In this document: one piece after another, positions 10,813 through 20,007 of the stretch
How positions within the stretch are numbered: the stretch's first letter is position 1
How the letters are laid out: each line of letters begins with the position of its first letter
Position numbers and translations under genes: made by a program
Assembly (NCBI GenBank): GCA_016192685.1
Contig: JACPTS010000001.1
Coordinates: forward strand, 33,412-97,411
Direction: 5' to 3'
Length of the DNA: 64,000 nucleotides
DNA from: Candidatus Harrisonbacteria bacterium
GTDB lineage: Bacteria; Patescibacteriota; Minisyncoccia; UBA6257; 02-FULL-45-10c
Notes under the pieces: generated by a model
Databases searched by the model: none
What the model saw: the letters and a program-made list of their open reading frames with translations, nothing else
What the model was told of the DNA's origin: nothing

Positions 10813-11067
10813 TCAAACAGGCTCGTACAGGCGCGTCTTTAACGCCTTGAGTTGGTCAAAATAAGCGCGAACCTCGACCTTGAGCTCACGATTCCAGAAA
10901 GTCTCAAGGAGCTGGTCGAGCTCTCGAGACTTTCGGAATACAAAGTACGCCCGCCTGCGATCGGTTTTATCTATGGCTTCAATCGGCAAAAACAAAGAGA
11001 CCGCAGCAGCCAGCGCCAGATCTGCGGTTTGATAAAAATCTTTTGATTGCAGTATTTGCGTTGTCAT
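10813..11067 (-). CDS. hypothetical protein (84 aa)
   Basis: ORF only. Confidence 0.25.
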   Translation of the reverse strand: MTTQILQSKDFYQTADLALAAAVSLFLPIEAIDKTDRRRAYFVFRKSRELDQLLETFWNRELKVEVRAYFDQLKALKTRLYEPV

Positions 11068-11150
11068 AGTAATTTTTTTAAACGAAAAAGCAGACTTTTC
11101 TTTAAGTCTGCTCGAAAGGCCGTTGAGTCAATTACGACTCGTATTGTGTT

Positions 11151-11801
11151 TTAGAAATTGCGCTTGATTGTTCTATTTTCCCAAGTAAAAAGCGTATCTT
11201 TGGTGTTGATCACCTCTTTGATTCGGTTGTTTAGAGCATACATGGTGTCCTGAACTGTGCGTTTGTATTTCGCTTCCGCGATATCTTCCTGCCCGCCTGT
11301 CATCTGTCTGTAAACAGCTGACCAGTCAACTGGCTCATTTGGCCTGTATGAAAACATTGCGCGGCAGAAAAAGTGTTCATTCTTGAATGGCGGCAATGAA
11401 CACTTGCGCTTGCCAACGTGAATGGTTGCTTCCTCATCATCAAAATTTATTCTTTCGTCTTTGAGGGATACTGGCTGGTTAGTTTCTAGGGCATCAATTT
11501 TACTAAGATCAAATAAGCGCTGTCGTTCTGCGAGTAATTTTTTCTCTGTAATTCTATCAAGCTTTGGTATCACGTGTTGTGTGCCACCGTTTTGAAATTC
11601 AAAGGTGCGGATAGCGCCCTTCTTTTTCAGGGTTACGAGTAAATCTTCTATCATCTTAATACTGAGCCCATTTTGCGGTAATGATGGTATCTCAAGGATG
11701 TGAAGAGAAATTTCACCACCCCTTTTGGTTGTCTCATTCTTGATAAGAATTGTATCAATTATGTCTATGAGCCGTTGATATGGGCTCTCGGAGATATTCA
11801 T
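11151..11801 (-). CDS. hypothetical protein (216 aa)
   Basis: ORF only. Confidence 0.35.
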   Translation of the reverse strand: MNISESPYQRLIDIIDTILIKNETTKRGGEISLHILEIPSLPQNGLSIKMIEDLLVTLKKKGAIRTFEFQNGGTQHVIPKLDRITEKKLLAERQRLFDLSKIDALETNQPVSLKDERINFDDEEATIHVGKRKCSLPPFKNEHFFCRAMFSYRPNEPVDWSAVYRQMTGGQEDIAEAKYKRTVQDTMYALNNRIKEVINTKDTLFTWENRTIKRNF

Positions 11802-11824
11802 TGTAATTGTAATATCTAGCTTTA

Positions 11825-12148
11825 ATGAACCTCCCCGATTTGCCTCGTTTCTCTAAAAGTTGCACAAAATCCGATAAATGTAAACCAGCCGTGCGTTATT
11901 CACTTTTGCTATCCGGCGATATATTGTGTAAACTGATGTTAAGTCGCATTTTTATGTCGAAACTGAGTAAAAAAGCCAAAGCACTGCCAGAAATCCTAAC
12001 GCTCGCGCAGACGTGTGAAGTTTTAAATTGTCATCCGAATACGCTCCGTAACTGGGATCGCCGCGGAGTTTTAACAGCGATTCGCTTCGGGACACGCAAA
12101 GATCGACGTTACAAGAAGAGCGATGTTTTCAAGTTGATTGAATCTTGA
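11825..12148 (+). CDS. MerR/excisionase-family helix-turn-helix protein (start probably at internal MSKLSKK, about 11954)
   Basis: LTLAQTCEVLNCHPNTLRNWDRRGVLTAIRFGTRKDRRYKKSDV matches the HTH_17/MerR-type excisionase fold. Confidence 0.5.
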   Translation: MNLPDLPRFSKSCTKSDKCKPAVRYSLLLSGDILCKLMLSRIFMSKLSKKAKALPEILTLAQTCEVLNCHPNTLRNWDRRGVLTAIRFGTRKDRRYKKSDVFKLIES

Positions 12149-12163
12149 AATAAAAAGGTTAAA

Positions 12164-13984
12164 ATGACGATGAAAATTAAGGATATACCCAAAATAGAAC
12201 GCCCAAGAGAAAGATTTCTCCAAAAAGGGTCAGAGGCACTTTCAAAAAGTGATCTTTTGGCGATTATACTCGGAAGTGGGATAAAGGGTAAAAATGTTCA
12301 AAAACTCGCCCAGCAAATAATCAAGCAATTCAGCGATAAGTTTTTGGATGTTACTGTGGATGATCTAAAAAATATTTCTGGAATTGGAGAAGCAAAGGCA
12401 CTACAGATTGCAGCAGCTATTTCCTTAGTCAAAAGATTTTATGAAGAAGGCAAAGGAAATGAAGTTGTTATTAAAAATTCGAAAGACGCCCTCTCCCTCG
12501 TTTATGATTTGCGAGATAAAAAAAAGGAGCATCTGATTTGCCTATACTTGAATGCCAGAAATATTCTAATCAAAAAAGAAACAATTAGTATCGGGCTACT
12601 TGATAAAAGTCTTTTACATCCAAGAGAAATATTTTATCCAGCTGTTGAGTCAAATGCAGCAAGTATTATTTTGATTCATAATCATCCCTCAGGAGATCCC
12701 ACTCCAAGCGAAAAAGATATTGCGGTTGTGGAAAAGATAATCCGCGCAGGCGAAATAATGGGAATATCTGTAACAGATTTTCTCATTACTGCAGGTAGCG
12801 GAAATTATAGTTTTTACGAAACCCTAAAGGATAGAGGTACTGATTTTGAGTACGTGTCCGACGGATCACAGGGCGCATTGTTCGATTTATTAGAAACTAA
12901 AAAGGCTGATTATGGAGTAGATGCGGAAAGGATACAAGAAACCTATTTTTATATCCCGCCGATGAAAAAAAATCATCTCCAATTGCAGAATCGTAGATAT
13001 ATTGGGAGTAAACACAAACTGATTGAATGGATTTTTTCTATCATTAATAAAGAATGTAGAGGGGGAAACTCTTTTGCCGACGTTTTTGCTGGGACAGGAG
13101 TTGTATCAGCTGTCGCGGCACGGCATTTTGATGAAATAATACTGAACGATTTTTTATATTCTAATTATGCAATCTACCAAGCCTTTTTTAGTAAAGATGT
13201 GTGGGATAAAAAGAAAATTGATGATGTCATCAAAAACTATAACAACATTAATGGTGAAGATTTAGAAAATAATTACTTTTCTGAGCACTTTGGTGGAAAA
13301 TACTTCAGCCATAATTCCTCAAAGATAATCGGCTTTGTCAGAGAGAATATAGAGGAAAATAAGAATAATTTAACAAATAAAGAATATTACATTCTTATTT
13401 CTTCTTTGCTGTACTCAATCGATAAGATCGCTAATACCGTTGGTCATTATGATGCATATTTTAAGAAAGACCATATTGAAGATGGGTTTTTTATGAGGCC
13501 GATAGACCCCATTGAGGTAAAAAGGGTGACTATTTATAAAGAAGATACAAACTTATTGGCGAAGAAAATTAAAGCGGATGTGGTTTATATTGATCCGCCT
13601 TATAACTCAAGACAATACAGCCGTTTTTACCACGTGCTCGAGACTCTTACCAAATGGGACAAACCAAAGCTATACGGGACAGCACTAAAACCAGAAGAAG
13701 AAAATATGAGCGATTACTGTAAGGTACAAGCCAAAGACAGACTCGCCGAATTAATAAGAGACCTTAATGCTAAATATTTAGTAGTGTCTTACAATAATAC
13801 CTATGATTCAAAAAGCAATTCATCGAAAAATAAAATTACTCTAGAGGAGATAAAAAATATTTTAACAGCAAGGGGCAAGACAAAGATTTTTGAAAAAGAT
13901 TACCGACATTTTAATGCCGGAAATACTGATTTCAAAAATCATAAAGAATACCTTTTTGTAACCACCACTAATAATGCAAAATAA
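12164..13984 (+). CDS. fusion protein: RadC-like JAB domain (N-terminal) + D12-class N6-adenine DNA methyltransferase (C-terminal)
   Basis: N-terminal HhH (ISGIGEAKALQIAAA) and JAB motif ILIHNHPSGDPTPSEKD; C-terminal YIGSKHKL, FAGTGVVS (FxGxG) and VVYIDPPYN (DPPY). Confidence 0.75.
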   Translation: MTMKIKDIPKIERPRERFLQKGSEALSKSDLLAIILGSGIKGKNVQKLAQQIIKQFSDKFLDVTVDDLKNISGIGEAKALQIAAAISLVKRFYEEGKGNEVVIKNSKDALSLVYDLRDKKKEHLICLYLNARNILIKKETISIGLLDKSLLHPREIFYPAVESNAASIILIHNHPSGDPTPSEKDIAVVEKIIRAGEIMGISVTDFLITAGSGNYSFYETLKDRGTDFEYVSDGSQGALFDLLETKKADYGVDAERIQETYFYIPPMKKNHLQLQNRRYIGSKHKLIEWIFSIINKECRGGNSFADVFAGTGVVSAVAARHFDEIILNDFLYSNYAIYQAFFSKDVWDKKKIDDVIKNYNNINGEDLENNYFSEHFGGKYFSHNSSKIIGFVRENIEENKNNLTNKEYYILISSLLYSIDKIANTVGHYDAYFKKDHIEDGFFMRPIDPIEVKRVTIYKEDTNLLAKKIKADVVYIDPPYNSRQYSRFYHVLETLTKWDKPKLYGTALKPEEENMSDYCKVQAKDRLAELIRDLNAKYLVVSYNNTYDSKSNSSKNKITLEEIKNILTARGKTKIFEKDYRHFNAGNTDFKNHKEYLFVTTTNNAK

Positions 13985-14879
13985 AATTAAAAGATCCCCG
14001 TTGTTTTACGTCGGGGATAAATACAAGTTAATGAACCAATTGATTGGTTTATTTCCACGGGAAGTGAGCAATTTTTACGAACCTTTTGTCGGCGGCGGTA
14101 CGGTCTTTTTGAATGTTCAAGCGAACAAATACTATCTGAATGACAATGATAAAAATCTTATTGATATACAGAGATTTTTGATTGGTAGTTCAAGTAACCC
14201 AACCTCATTTTTTAAGAATGTTGAAAAGATAGTAAAAAGATATCATCTATCACGATCTTACAAGGAAGACGTAATCCCTTCTTCGTTAAAAAAGGAGTGG
14301 AAGAAAACCTACTTTGCCAGATTTAATAAAAGGGGTTATGAGAAATTAAGGGCTTGTGTAAATAAAAATATAAAGAATGAACCTTTGATTCTGTATATTT
14401 TGCTGATATACGGATTTAATAGAATGTTAAGATTTAATGGTGGTGGCAAGTTTAATCTGCCGGTTGGTAATGTTGATTTTAACAAAAATGTTGTTAACGC
14501 CTTAAACGGATATTTTGACTTTGTCCAAAATAAAAAAATAATCTTAAGCTCAAAAGATTTTAGAATCTATTTCGTTGGCAGGAAGTATGCAAAAAATGAT
14601 TTTGTCTATCTTGACCCCCCTTATTTAATAACGGCGAGCGAATATAATAAGCGTTGGGACGAAAAAGCTGATGCTGACTTACTGAAAATTATTGATGACC
14701 TGAACGAAAAAGGTGTTAAATTTGCCTTATCAAATGTTACTTATTACAACGGCAATAAAAATAACTTGCTGATCGATTGGATGAAAAAGTATAAGACTCA
14801 TAAGATTGAAAGTAATTATATTAATTACCATGATAACGGCAAAAAGCAGATCAGAGAAGTACTGATCACTAATTATTAA
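13974..14879 (+). CDS. Dam-like (D12 class) N6-adenine DNA methyltransferase
   Basis: YVGDKYKL, EPFVGGGTVFLN (motif I), VYLDPPYL (motif IV); 301 aa. Confidence 0.8.
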   Translation: MQNKIKRSPLFYVGDKYKLMNQLIGLFPREVSNFYEPFVGGGTVFLNVQANKYYLNDNDKNLIDIQRFLIGSSSNPTSFFKNVEKIVKRYHLSRSYKEDVIPSSLKKEWKKTYFARFNKRGYEKLRACVNKNIKNEPLILYILLIYGFNRMLRFNGGGKFNLPVGNVDFNKNVVNALNGYFDFVQNKKIILSSKDFRIYFVGRKYAKNDFVYLDPPYLITASEYNKRWDEKADADLLKIIDDLNEKGVKFALSNVTYYNGNKNNLLIDWMKKYKTHKIESNYINYHDNGKKQIREVLITNY

Positions 14880-14883
14880 GATT

Positions 14884-16410
14884 ATGAAAAAACGCGAATC
14901 AGAATATAAACCATTGTTGTTTACCACAACACTTAGAAATCCAGAACGATTAAAATGGTTTTTAGGTGTGCTTAAAGATTATGACGGACAAGTTCTCAAC
15001 GATACATTGGCTGAAGAAATTGCTGGTGAAATTATTCGAGTAGGCCTTTATAAACCGATCAAAATTAGTTCGACTGTTAAGAAGAAAATAGAAACCAAAG
15101 AGCCTCTGTCTGACAGGGAAGTCCGAATAGTGCTTGCTAATAATCCCCAAAACCATAAAGAAGCCGGTTTTAGTAAGGGCTGGGCTTCTAGATTTGATAC
15201 ATGGTTCAAAATAGCTAAAGAGCTTGGATTCGTTTATTACCAAAATGGCAAAAAAATCAGATTCTCTGAAATAGGGCTCAGGTTGGTTGATAATGAGCAC
15301 CCTGAATTTGAACAGCAGGCCTTTCTCAACGCATTCGTAAAATATCAGAGCAATAGCCCTTTCCGGAGAGTATTAAATGAAAATGCCCCTTTGATTTTAT
15401 TGTTAGGTGTAATTAAGAGAATAAATGCCGATAAGAGGTTTAACGGAACCGGAATTTCAAAGTTAGAATTGCCCTTAGTAATTTTCTGGAAAGATAACAA
15501 CGCAGAAAAGCTATATCAACTTATAAAGAAAATAAGAAAAGAGTACGGCTATAATCCGAGCTGGGAAGTTATCGTAGATATTTGCGTGAATCAAATAATG
15601 GGCGGCGAGTTCAAAAAATTTAACCACAAGTCCATAATGGTGGACTATCCGGATGAATTTATTAGAAAAATGCGATTGACCGGCTTGATCTCTTTAAGAG
15701 GAGCTGGTCGATTTGTTGATATAAATAAAAATGAACAAGCTAAGGTTGATTATGCTTTAGCGAATTATTCTCAATACAAAAAATACGCTTCAGAGGAAGA
15801 ATATTTTGAATACATGTCAATGGTGGATGAGAATCTTCTCTCGTTCGTTGCCAAACCAGTCAGCATTGGAGAACGCGATAAATTCTTGACTAAATGGATA
15901 AGCATTTATTCTTGGCAAAAAATTACTGACGAACTGCTTATTTTAGCTAAAGACAAACTGACAAAAGATGATATTTTGAAGTATTTATCAAGTCCAGTAA
16001 GGTTAGAGTTTCTTGTTGCTTTGGCGGTAAAATCTAAATTCCCCGATGTAAAGGTTATTCCTAACTATCCTTATGACGACGAGGGTTTACCGACGTCAAC
16101 GGCTGGCGGTATCGGTGATAAGGGAGATATTGAATGTTATGAGAGTGTTAATGGAGTACTGATTGAAGTGACTATGTCAGAGGGGAGAATACAAACAGTT
16201 ATGGAGATCTGGCCAATCGCTAGGCATTTAGAGGAGTTCAGTAAAAAAGTTGAACATTCGATGTGTTATTTCGTTGCCCCAAGTATTTTTAGAGATTCTG
16301 TACGGCAGATCGAATTTGTAAAAGAGAAAGACAATCTTTCTATTTTACCCAAGACCATCAAAGACTTTTTGAATCATTTAGAAAGTAGCAAGTCTCTATA
16401 CCCAGCATAA
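14884..16410 (+). CDS. candidate restriction endonuclease partner of the two methyltransferases (508 aa; possibly type IIS, AlwI-like; family not verified)
   Basis: operon position immediately after two adenine MTases; size fits type IIS/nicking enzymes; no unambiguous catalytic motif identified by eye. Confidence 0.35.
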   Translation: MKKRESEYKPLLFTTTLRNPERLKWFLGVLKDYDGQVLNDTLAEEIAGEIIRVGLYKPIKISSTVKKKIETKEPLSDREVRIVLANNPQNHKEAGFSKGWASRFDTWFKIAKELGFVYYQNGKKIRFSEIGLRLVDNEHPEFEQQAFLNAFVKYQSNSPFRRVLNENAPLILLLGVIKRINADKRFNGTGISKLELPLVIFWKDNNAEKLYQLIKKIRKEYGYNPSWEVIVDICVNQIMGGEFKKFNHKSIMVDYPDEFIRKMRLTGLISLRGAGRFVDINKNEQAKVDYALANYSQYKKYASEEEYFEYMSMVDENLLSFVAKPVSIGERDKFLTKWISIYSWQKITDELLILAKDKLTKDDILKYLSSPVRLEFLVALAVKSKFPDVKVIPNYPYDDEGLPTSTAGGIGDKGDIECYESVNGVLIEVTMSEGRIQTVMEIWPIARHLEEFSKKVEHSMCYFVAPSIFRDSVRQIEFVKEKDNLSILPKTIKDFLNHLESSKSLYPA

Positions 16411-16415
16411 ATAAT

Positions 16416-17156
16416 ATGTCTACGCAAAGAGGAAAAATCGTAAGTGCCGTCTTACAGATTCTAAAAGATAAACCAGAGGGCATTAGGTACTCCGAATTAT
16501 TCAGAGCCGTAAAAAATACTCTCCCAGAAGCAAACGACAATACCGTTCACAGCACTATTTGGGATTTGGATAAAAAAGTTGCAGAGATAACTAAACCAGA
16601 AAGGGGAATTTTCATATTGAGGCAATATATCAAGGAGGGGGCTGAAATAAAATTACGAGAGGAAAAAATAAGTAAGGGCATAAGCGAGAGCGCTTTTTAT
16701 GCTTCATTTGCGGATTATTTGGTTAAAGACTTAGGAGAGTGTACCAAGGCCGTTCCGCTTGGGGGCAATAGGTTTGGCGATAGATGGGGAACTCCTGATG
16801 TTTTTGGTGTATATAAATTTTCTGAAACTGACCGAATACGACCGCAACCAGAAATCGTGAGCGCAGAGATTAAGACTGATACAAGTCAAATTATAACAGC
16901 ATTTGGGCAGGCATGTGCCTATAAACTTTTTAGCCACAAGGTCTATCTGGTTATCCCTGAAGATGCCGAACGAGATATAGAAAGGGTAGAATCGCTTTGT
17001 ATGCGTTTCGGTATAGGTTTGATTTTATTTGATAAAAATAATGCTGAAAATCCTAATTGGGCTATCCGTGCTCGCGCCAATAAAAGTGAGCCTGATTTCT
17101 TCTATGTAAATAAATACCTTGAACAGCTCGGAGATGACTTGAAAAATTTATTTTAG
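16416..17156 (+). CDS. Mrr-like nuclease: N-terminal winged helix + PD-(D/E)xK catalytic core
   Basis: N-terminal IVSAVLQILKD...GIRYSELF (Mrr_N-like); TPDVFGV ... VSAEIKTD fits a PD..ExK motif. Confidence 0.5.
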   Translation: MSTQRGKIVSAVLQILKDKPEGIRYSELFRAVKNTLPEANDNTVHSTIWDLDKKVAEITKPERGIFILRQYIKEGAEIKLREEKISKGISESAFYASFADYLVKDLGECTKAVPLGGNRFGDRWGTPDVFGVYKFSETDRIRPQPEIVSAEIKTDTSQIITAFGQACAYKLFSHKVYLVIPEDAERDIERVESLCMRFGIGLILFDKNNAENPNWAIRARANKSEPDFFYVNKYLEQLGDDLKNLF

Positions 17157-17158
17157 AA

Positions 17159-18058
17159 ATGAAAGACGTTAAAGATTTAATAAAACTCGACGACGTAAAA
17201 AAATTAAAGGTTATGAATATTTTTCAAAAAATCATTGAGGTATTAACGGAAATTTTCTTTCGAAAGGACACAGCTCCGCCAAGCGTACCAACGCAGCCGC
17301 ATCAAGTTATTTCGACACCGCCGTCCCCAGATCAATCGCCAGCTCCAGTTCCTCCCTCAGTCGAACCAACAGTGACAGAATCCGCAACGCCCCTAACTCA
17401 AAATCAGGAACAGCCAGTTATTCTTAAAAATGCGGGGTTCTCCATTACTGCTGAACAATTAAAACAAATAGTACCCACGTTGTCAGATAGTAAATGCAAG
17501 GAATACTTGCCACATTTGTTTCAAACAATGACAGAGTTTGAAATAAATACGCCCATTCGTTTAGCTGCATTTATTGCTCAAACCGCACATGAATCAGCCG
17601 GATATTCCGCATTTCTTGAAAATCTAAATTATTCTGCACAAGCCCTTCTCAATACATGGCCAAACCGCTTTACGCCAGAAAGTGCTGCGATTTATGCACG
17701 ACAACCAGAAAAAATCGCAAACCATGTTTATATTAATCGTTTGGGGAATGGAGATGAGGCGAGTGGTGATGGATGGCGATACCGAGGACGAGGAGTAATT
17801 CAGACCACTGGACGCATTAACTACAAAGCATGTGGAGCTGGCCTAGGACTTGATTTGATCACATCTCCAGAATTACTTGAGCAGCCCTTAAACGCTTTTC
17901 GTTCAGCTGGATTGTACTGGAAGAGTCGCAATTGTAATTCTTTTGCCGACAGCGATAATTTCACTGGGCTTACAAAGGCAATTAACGGTGGTCTAAACGG
18001 ATTAGATGATCGAAAAGCTTATTATGCACGTGCAAAATCTGTGCTGGGCATTGTATAG
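17159..18058 (+). CDS. glycoside hydrolase family 19 (phage endolysin/chitinase-like) with Pro-rich N-terminal linker
   Basis: FIAQTAHESAGYS core motif typical of GH19; Pro/Ser/Thr-rich linker PPSVPTQPHQVISTPPSPDQSPAPVPPSVEP. Confidence 0.65.
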   Translation: MKDVKDLIKLDDVKKLKVMNIFQKIIEVLTEIFFRKDTAPPSVPTQPHQVISTPPSPDQSPAPVPPSVEPTVTESATPLTQNQEQPVILKNAGFSITAEQLKQIVPTLSDSKCKEYLPHLFQTMTEFEINTPIRLAAFIAQTAHESAGYSAFLENLNYSAQALLNTWPNRFTPESAAIYARQPEKIANHVYINRLGNGDEASGDGWRYRGRGVIQTTGRINYKACGAGLGLDLITSPELLEQPLNAFRSAGLYWKSRNCNSFADSDNFTGLTKAINGGLNGLDDRKAYYARAKSVLGIV

Positions 18059-18068
18059 TTAAAAAACT

Positions 18069-18611
18069 ATGTTCAATAAAACTGATTTTGAAAACATAGT
18101 TTGGGACTTCCTGTTCACGTACAGGCAGTTTCTGCTCAACGGATATTTACATAAAAGAGTAAACCATGATGTGTATGAAGCAAATACTGCTACTTGGAAT
18201 ACCTTACTTCTCAGCTTAGAATCGGGCGCTTTACTTGGTCTGGCAAAATTACTCGAACGAAAAGACGATTTAGGAAGACCATTTAATGGTGGCTTAGGAA
18301 AGACATTCAATAATGAAGAATTTAATAACGAAGAATTAAATGGAATTTCCGAGAAGATAATAAATCTGAGACATGCCTATATAGCGCATGCTGATTTATC
18401 AAAGATGCGCGATATAAACTCTTTTCTTACCAAAAATCGCTTGACTGGCACCGATATTGTTAAAATGTTTGATGCCCTTAAAAGTAGATTGATACAATAC
18501 CAGAAAAGCTTGAAGCTCGATGTCGATGTGCAAAAATTATTTACGGAAAGTCAAAATAGCGCACTTCACGATCTGAATAGCTGGCTAAAATCTTTTAACG
18601 CAGAGTCATAG
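18069..18611 (+). CDS. hypothetical protein with Rx5H motif (LRHAYIAH), possible HEPN/Abi-like
   Basis: 180 aa, alpha-helical composition, a single R-x5-H motif; weak. Confidence 0.3.
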   Translation: MFNKTDFENIVWDFLFTYRQFLLNGYLHKRVNHDVYEANTATWNTLLLSLESGALLGLAKLLERKDDLGRPFNGGLGKTFNNEEFNNEELNGISEKIINLRHAYIAHADLSKMRDINSFLTKNRLTGTDIVKMFDALKSRLIQYQKSLKLDVDVQKLFTESQNSALHDLNSWLKSFNAES

Positions 18612-18832
18612 TAGCTATTAAGAGCGTGGGGCTAACAGTCCTTGCATCTGATGCAGTGAAGTCTCGGGAAACTCAAATAATTCTTCCCAGCGGATGGTTC
18701 GAAACTCGTTGAAACGTGGGAGCTCAGAGATTATTATTCTTTTAACGAGACAGCCTGTCTACCGGCAGGCAGGTCTCAAGTTTCCTGCCCCCCTTGGAGG
18801 GAATCCCCGCTCCCGGAGCAAAAACAAAACAA

Positions 18833-18857
18833 AAAACGGCTCACTGGGAGCCGCTGG
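18833..18857 (-). terminator. intrinsic terminator for gene 18860..19045
   Basis: minus-strand hairpin cggctc-ccagt-gagccg followed by TTTTTT. Confidence 0.7.
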
Positions 18858-18859
18858 AT

Positions 18860-19045
18860 TTAAACAACATCGGGACCAAGATCAATTACGATGCCGCAAT
18901 GCGGACATTTAAAAAATCTTCCCTCTCCGTCCTCATCTAATGGATAGGCATCCACATGGGTCCAAACTTCATCTTCCTTTCTTTCTCCCGGAAAAGGCCG
19001 ATCTTTCGTGCATTCTTTTCTTATAATAGACTTACCTTTATCCAT
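18860..19045 (-). CDS. hypothetical small protein (61 aa)
   Basis: ORF followed by terminator. Confidence 0.3.
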   Translation of the reverse strand: MDKGKSIIRKECTKDRPFPGERKEDEVWTHVDAYPLDEDGEGRFFKCPHCGIVIDLGPDVV

Positions 19046-19265
19046 CTTTTTTCACCTTCTTTTTAGATCGCGGCGTAGAATATGATTCAACTCGGTCAAA
19101 CACATAAACCAAAAATTCTAAGGTTTCTGGAGCACGATCGCCAAAATTAACCGAGTCATACTTACAGGTTATCACGCAACCCATATCATCTATTTGAGCT
19201 CCACACTCTTTGCATACTAATATTTTCATCTCTTTTATCGGAGGCTTGTTCTTAGCTTCGGGCAT
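19038..19265 (-). CDS. hypothetical zinc-ribbon-like small protein (75 aa)
   Basis: CKECGAQIDDMGCVITCKY Cys cluster. Confidence 0.35.
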   Translation of the reverse strand: MPEAKNKPPIKEMKILVCKECGAQIDDMGCVITCKYDSVNFGDRAPETLEFLVYVFDRVESYSTPRSKKKVKKDG

Positions 19266-19337
19266 CCTATTTATTTTTTAAAAAACTTCTATAAAAATAT
19301 TAACAAAATTATAAAGGCCGCGCAAGCCCGAGGAAAT

Positions 19338-19369
19338 TAAAACAACTATACCCCTAATTCGTACGAATT
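19338..19369. promoter_or_regulatory. 32-bp perfect palindrome tatacccctaattcgtacgaattaggggtata (paralogue of 39485..39522)
   Basis: perfect dyad symmetry; lies between a terminator and the upstream region of gene 19038..19265. Confidence 0.4.
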
Positions 19370-19388
19370 AGGGGTATAAGGAAAAGAA

Positions 19389-19412
19389 AAAACGGCTCAC
19401 TGAGAGCCGCTT
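19389..19412 (-). terminator. intrinsic terminator overlapping stop of 19397..19861 (near-identical to 18833..18857)
   Basis: hairpin ggctc-tcagt-gagcc + TTTTTT on minus strand. Confidence 0.7.
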
Positions 19413-19861
19413 GGCAAATTTTTCTTCGCCTCTTCCTCTTCGAGCACTCTCAAGATCTTTTCCGCATTGGGATGGCGACTGTATTCCTCCATACCCTCAA
19501 TAAATTTTTTAAATTCCTTTGAAGTCAATCCGAGAGACAAAACACGACTTCGAAGTTCATCGCTATTCTCTGGCTCAAACTCAATTATCTCTACTATTTC
19601 TCCAAGATTTTTATATTTATAGCATTGTATAAGACGTTTTAATTGCCTAATTGGACGCCTTAAAAAATGAAAGGTATGCAATAAAGGAGCAAACAAAGCT
19701 AAAAGCACCAAATACCACCATGGAAATTTATTTTGCCTTAAAAATGGTAAATCGTTAATCATTAAATACCACATAGTGACATAATGAAAAACGATAACTA
19801 ATGCAACAAATGCAACAAAAATCCCAATCACGCTTGAAACCACCCAAATCAAGATTCCCAT
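19397..19861 (-). CDS. hypothetical membrane protein (154 aa)
   Basis: two N-terminal TM helices, charged C-terminal tail. Confidence 0.4.
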   Translation of the reverse strand: MGILIWVVSSVIGIFVAFVALVIVFHYVTMWYLMINDLPFLRQNKFPWWYLVLLALFAPLLHTFHFLRRPIRQLKRLIQCYKYKNLGEIVEIIEFEPENSDELRSRVLSLGLTSKEFKKFIEGMEEYSRHPNAEKILRVLEEEEAKKNLPSGSQ

Positions 19862-20007
19862 TCTAAACCCTCTCTAAACGAACTAAATATATTATAGTCT
19901 TTAAAAAATAAATAAGCAAATAAAGTAAAAAGGTCGCAAAGCGACCCACATTATTCCACAACCAACATCTCCAAAAAGAAAACTTTAAAAGGTGGTTTGC
20001 TTGTTTG

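Larger units (their letters stand above)
7965..18822. mobile_element. putative integrative element (~10.9 kb) inserted at the 3' end of tRNA-Asn, carrying integrase, R-M/defence cargo and an endolysin
   Basis: 20-nt direct repeats atccc(t/c)gctcccggagcaaa at 7965..7984 and 18803..18822; integrase abuts the tRNA; cargo genes look more AT-rich than flanks. Confidence 0.5.

Noticed and set aside
14730-15300. Minus-strand ORFs 14730..14927 and 14962..15300
   Set aside because: Antisense to the methyltransferase and candidate endonuclease genes; AT-rich, Ile/Phe/Asn-rich artefacts.
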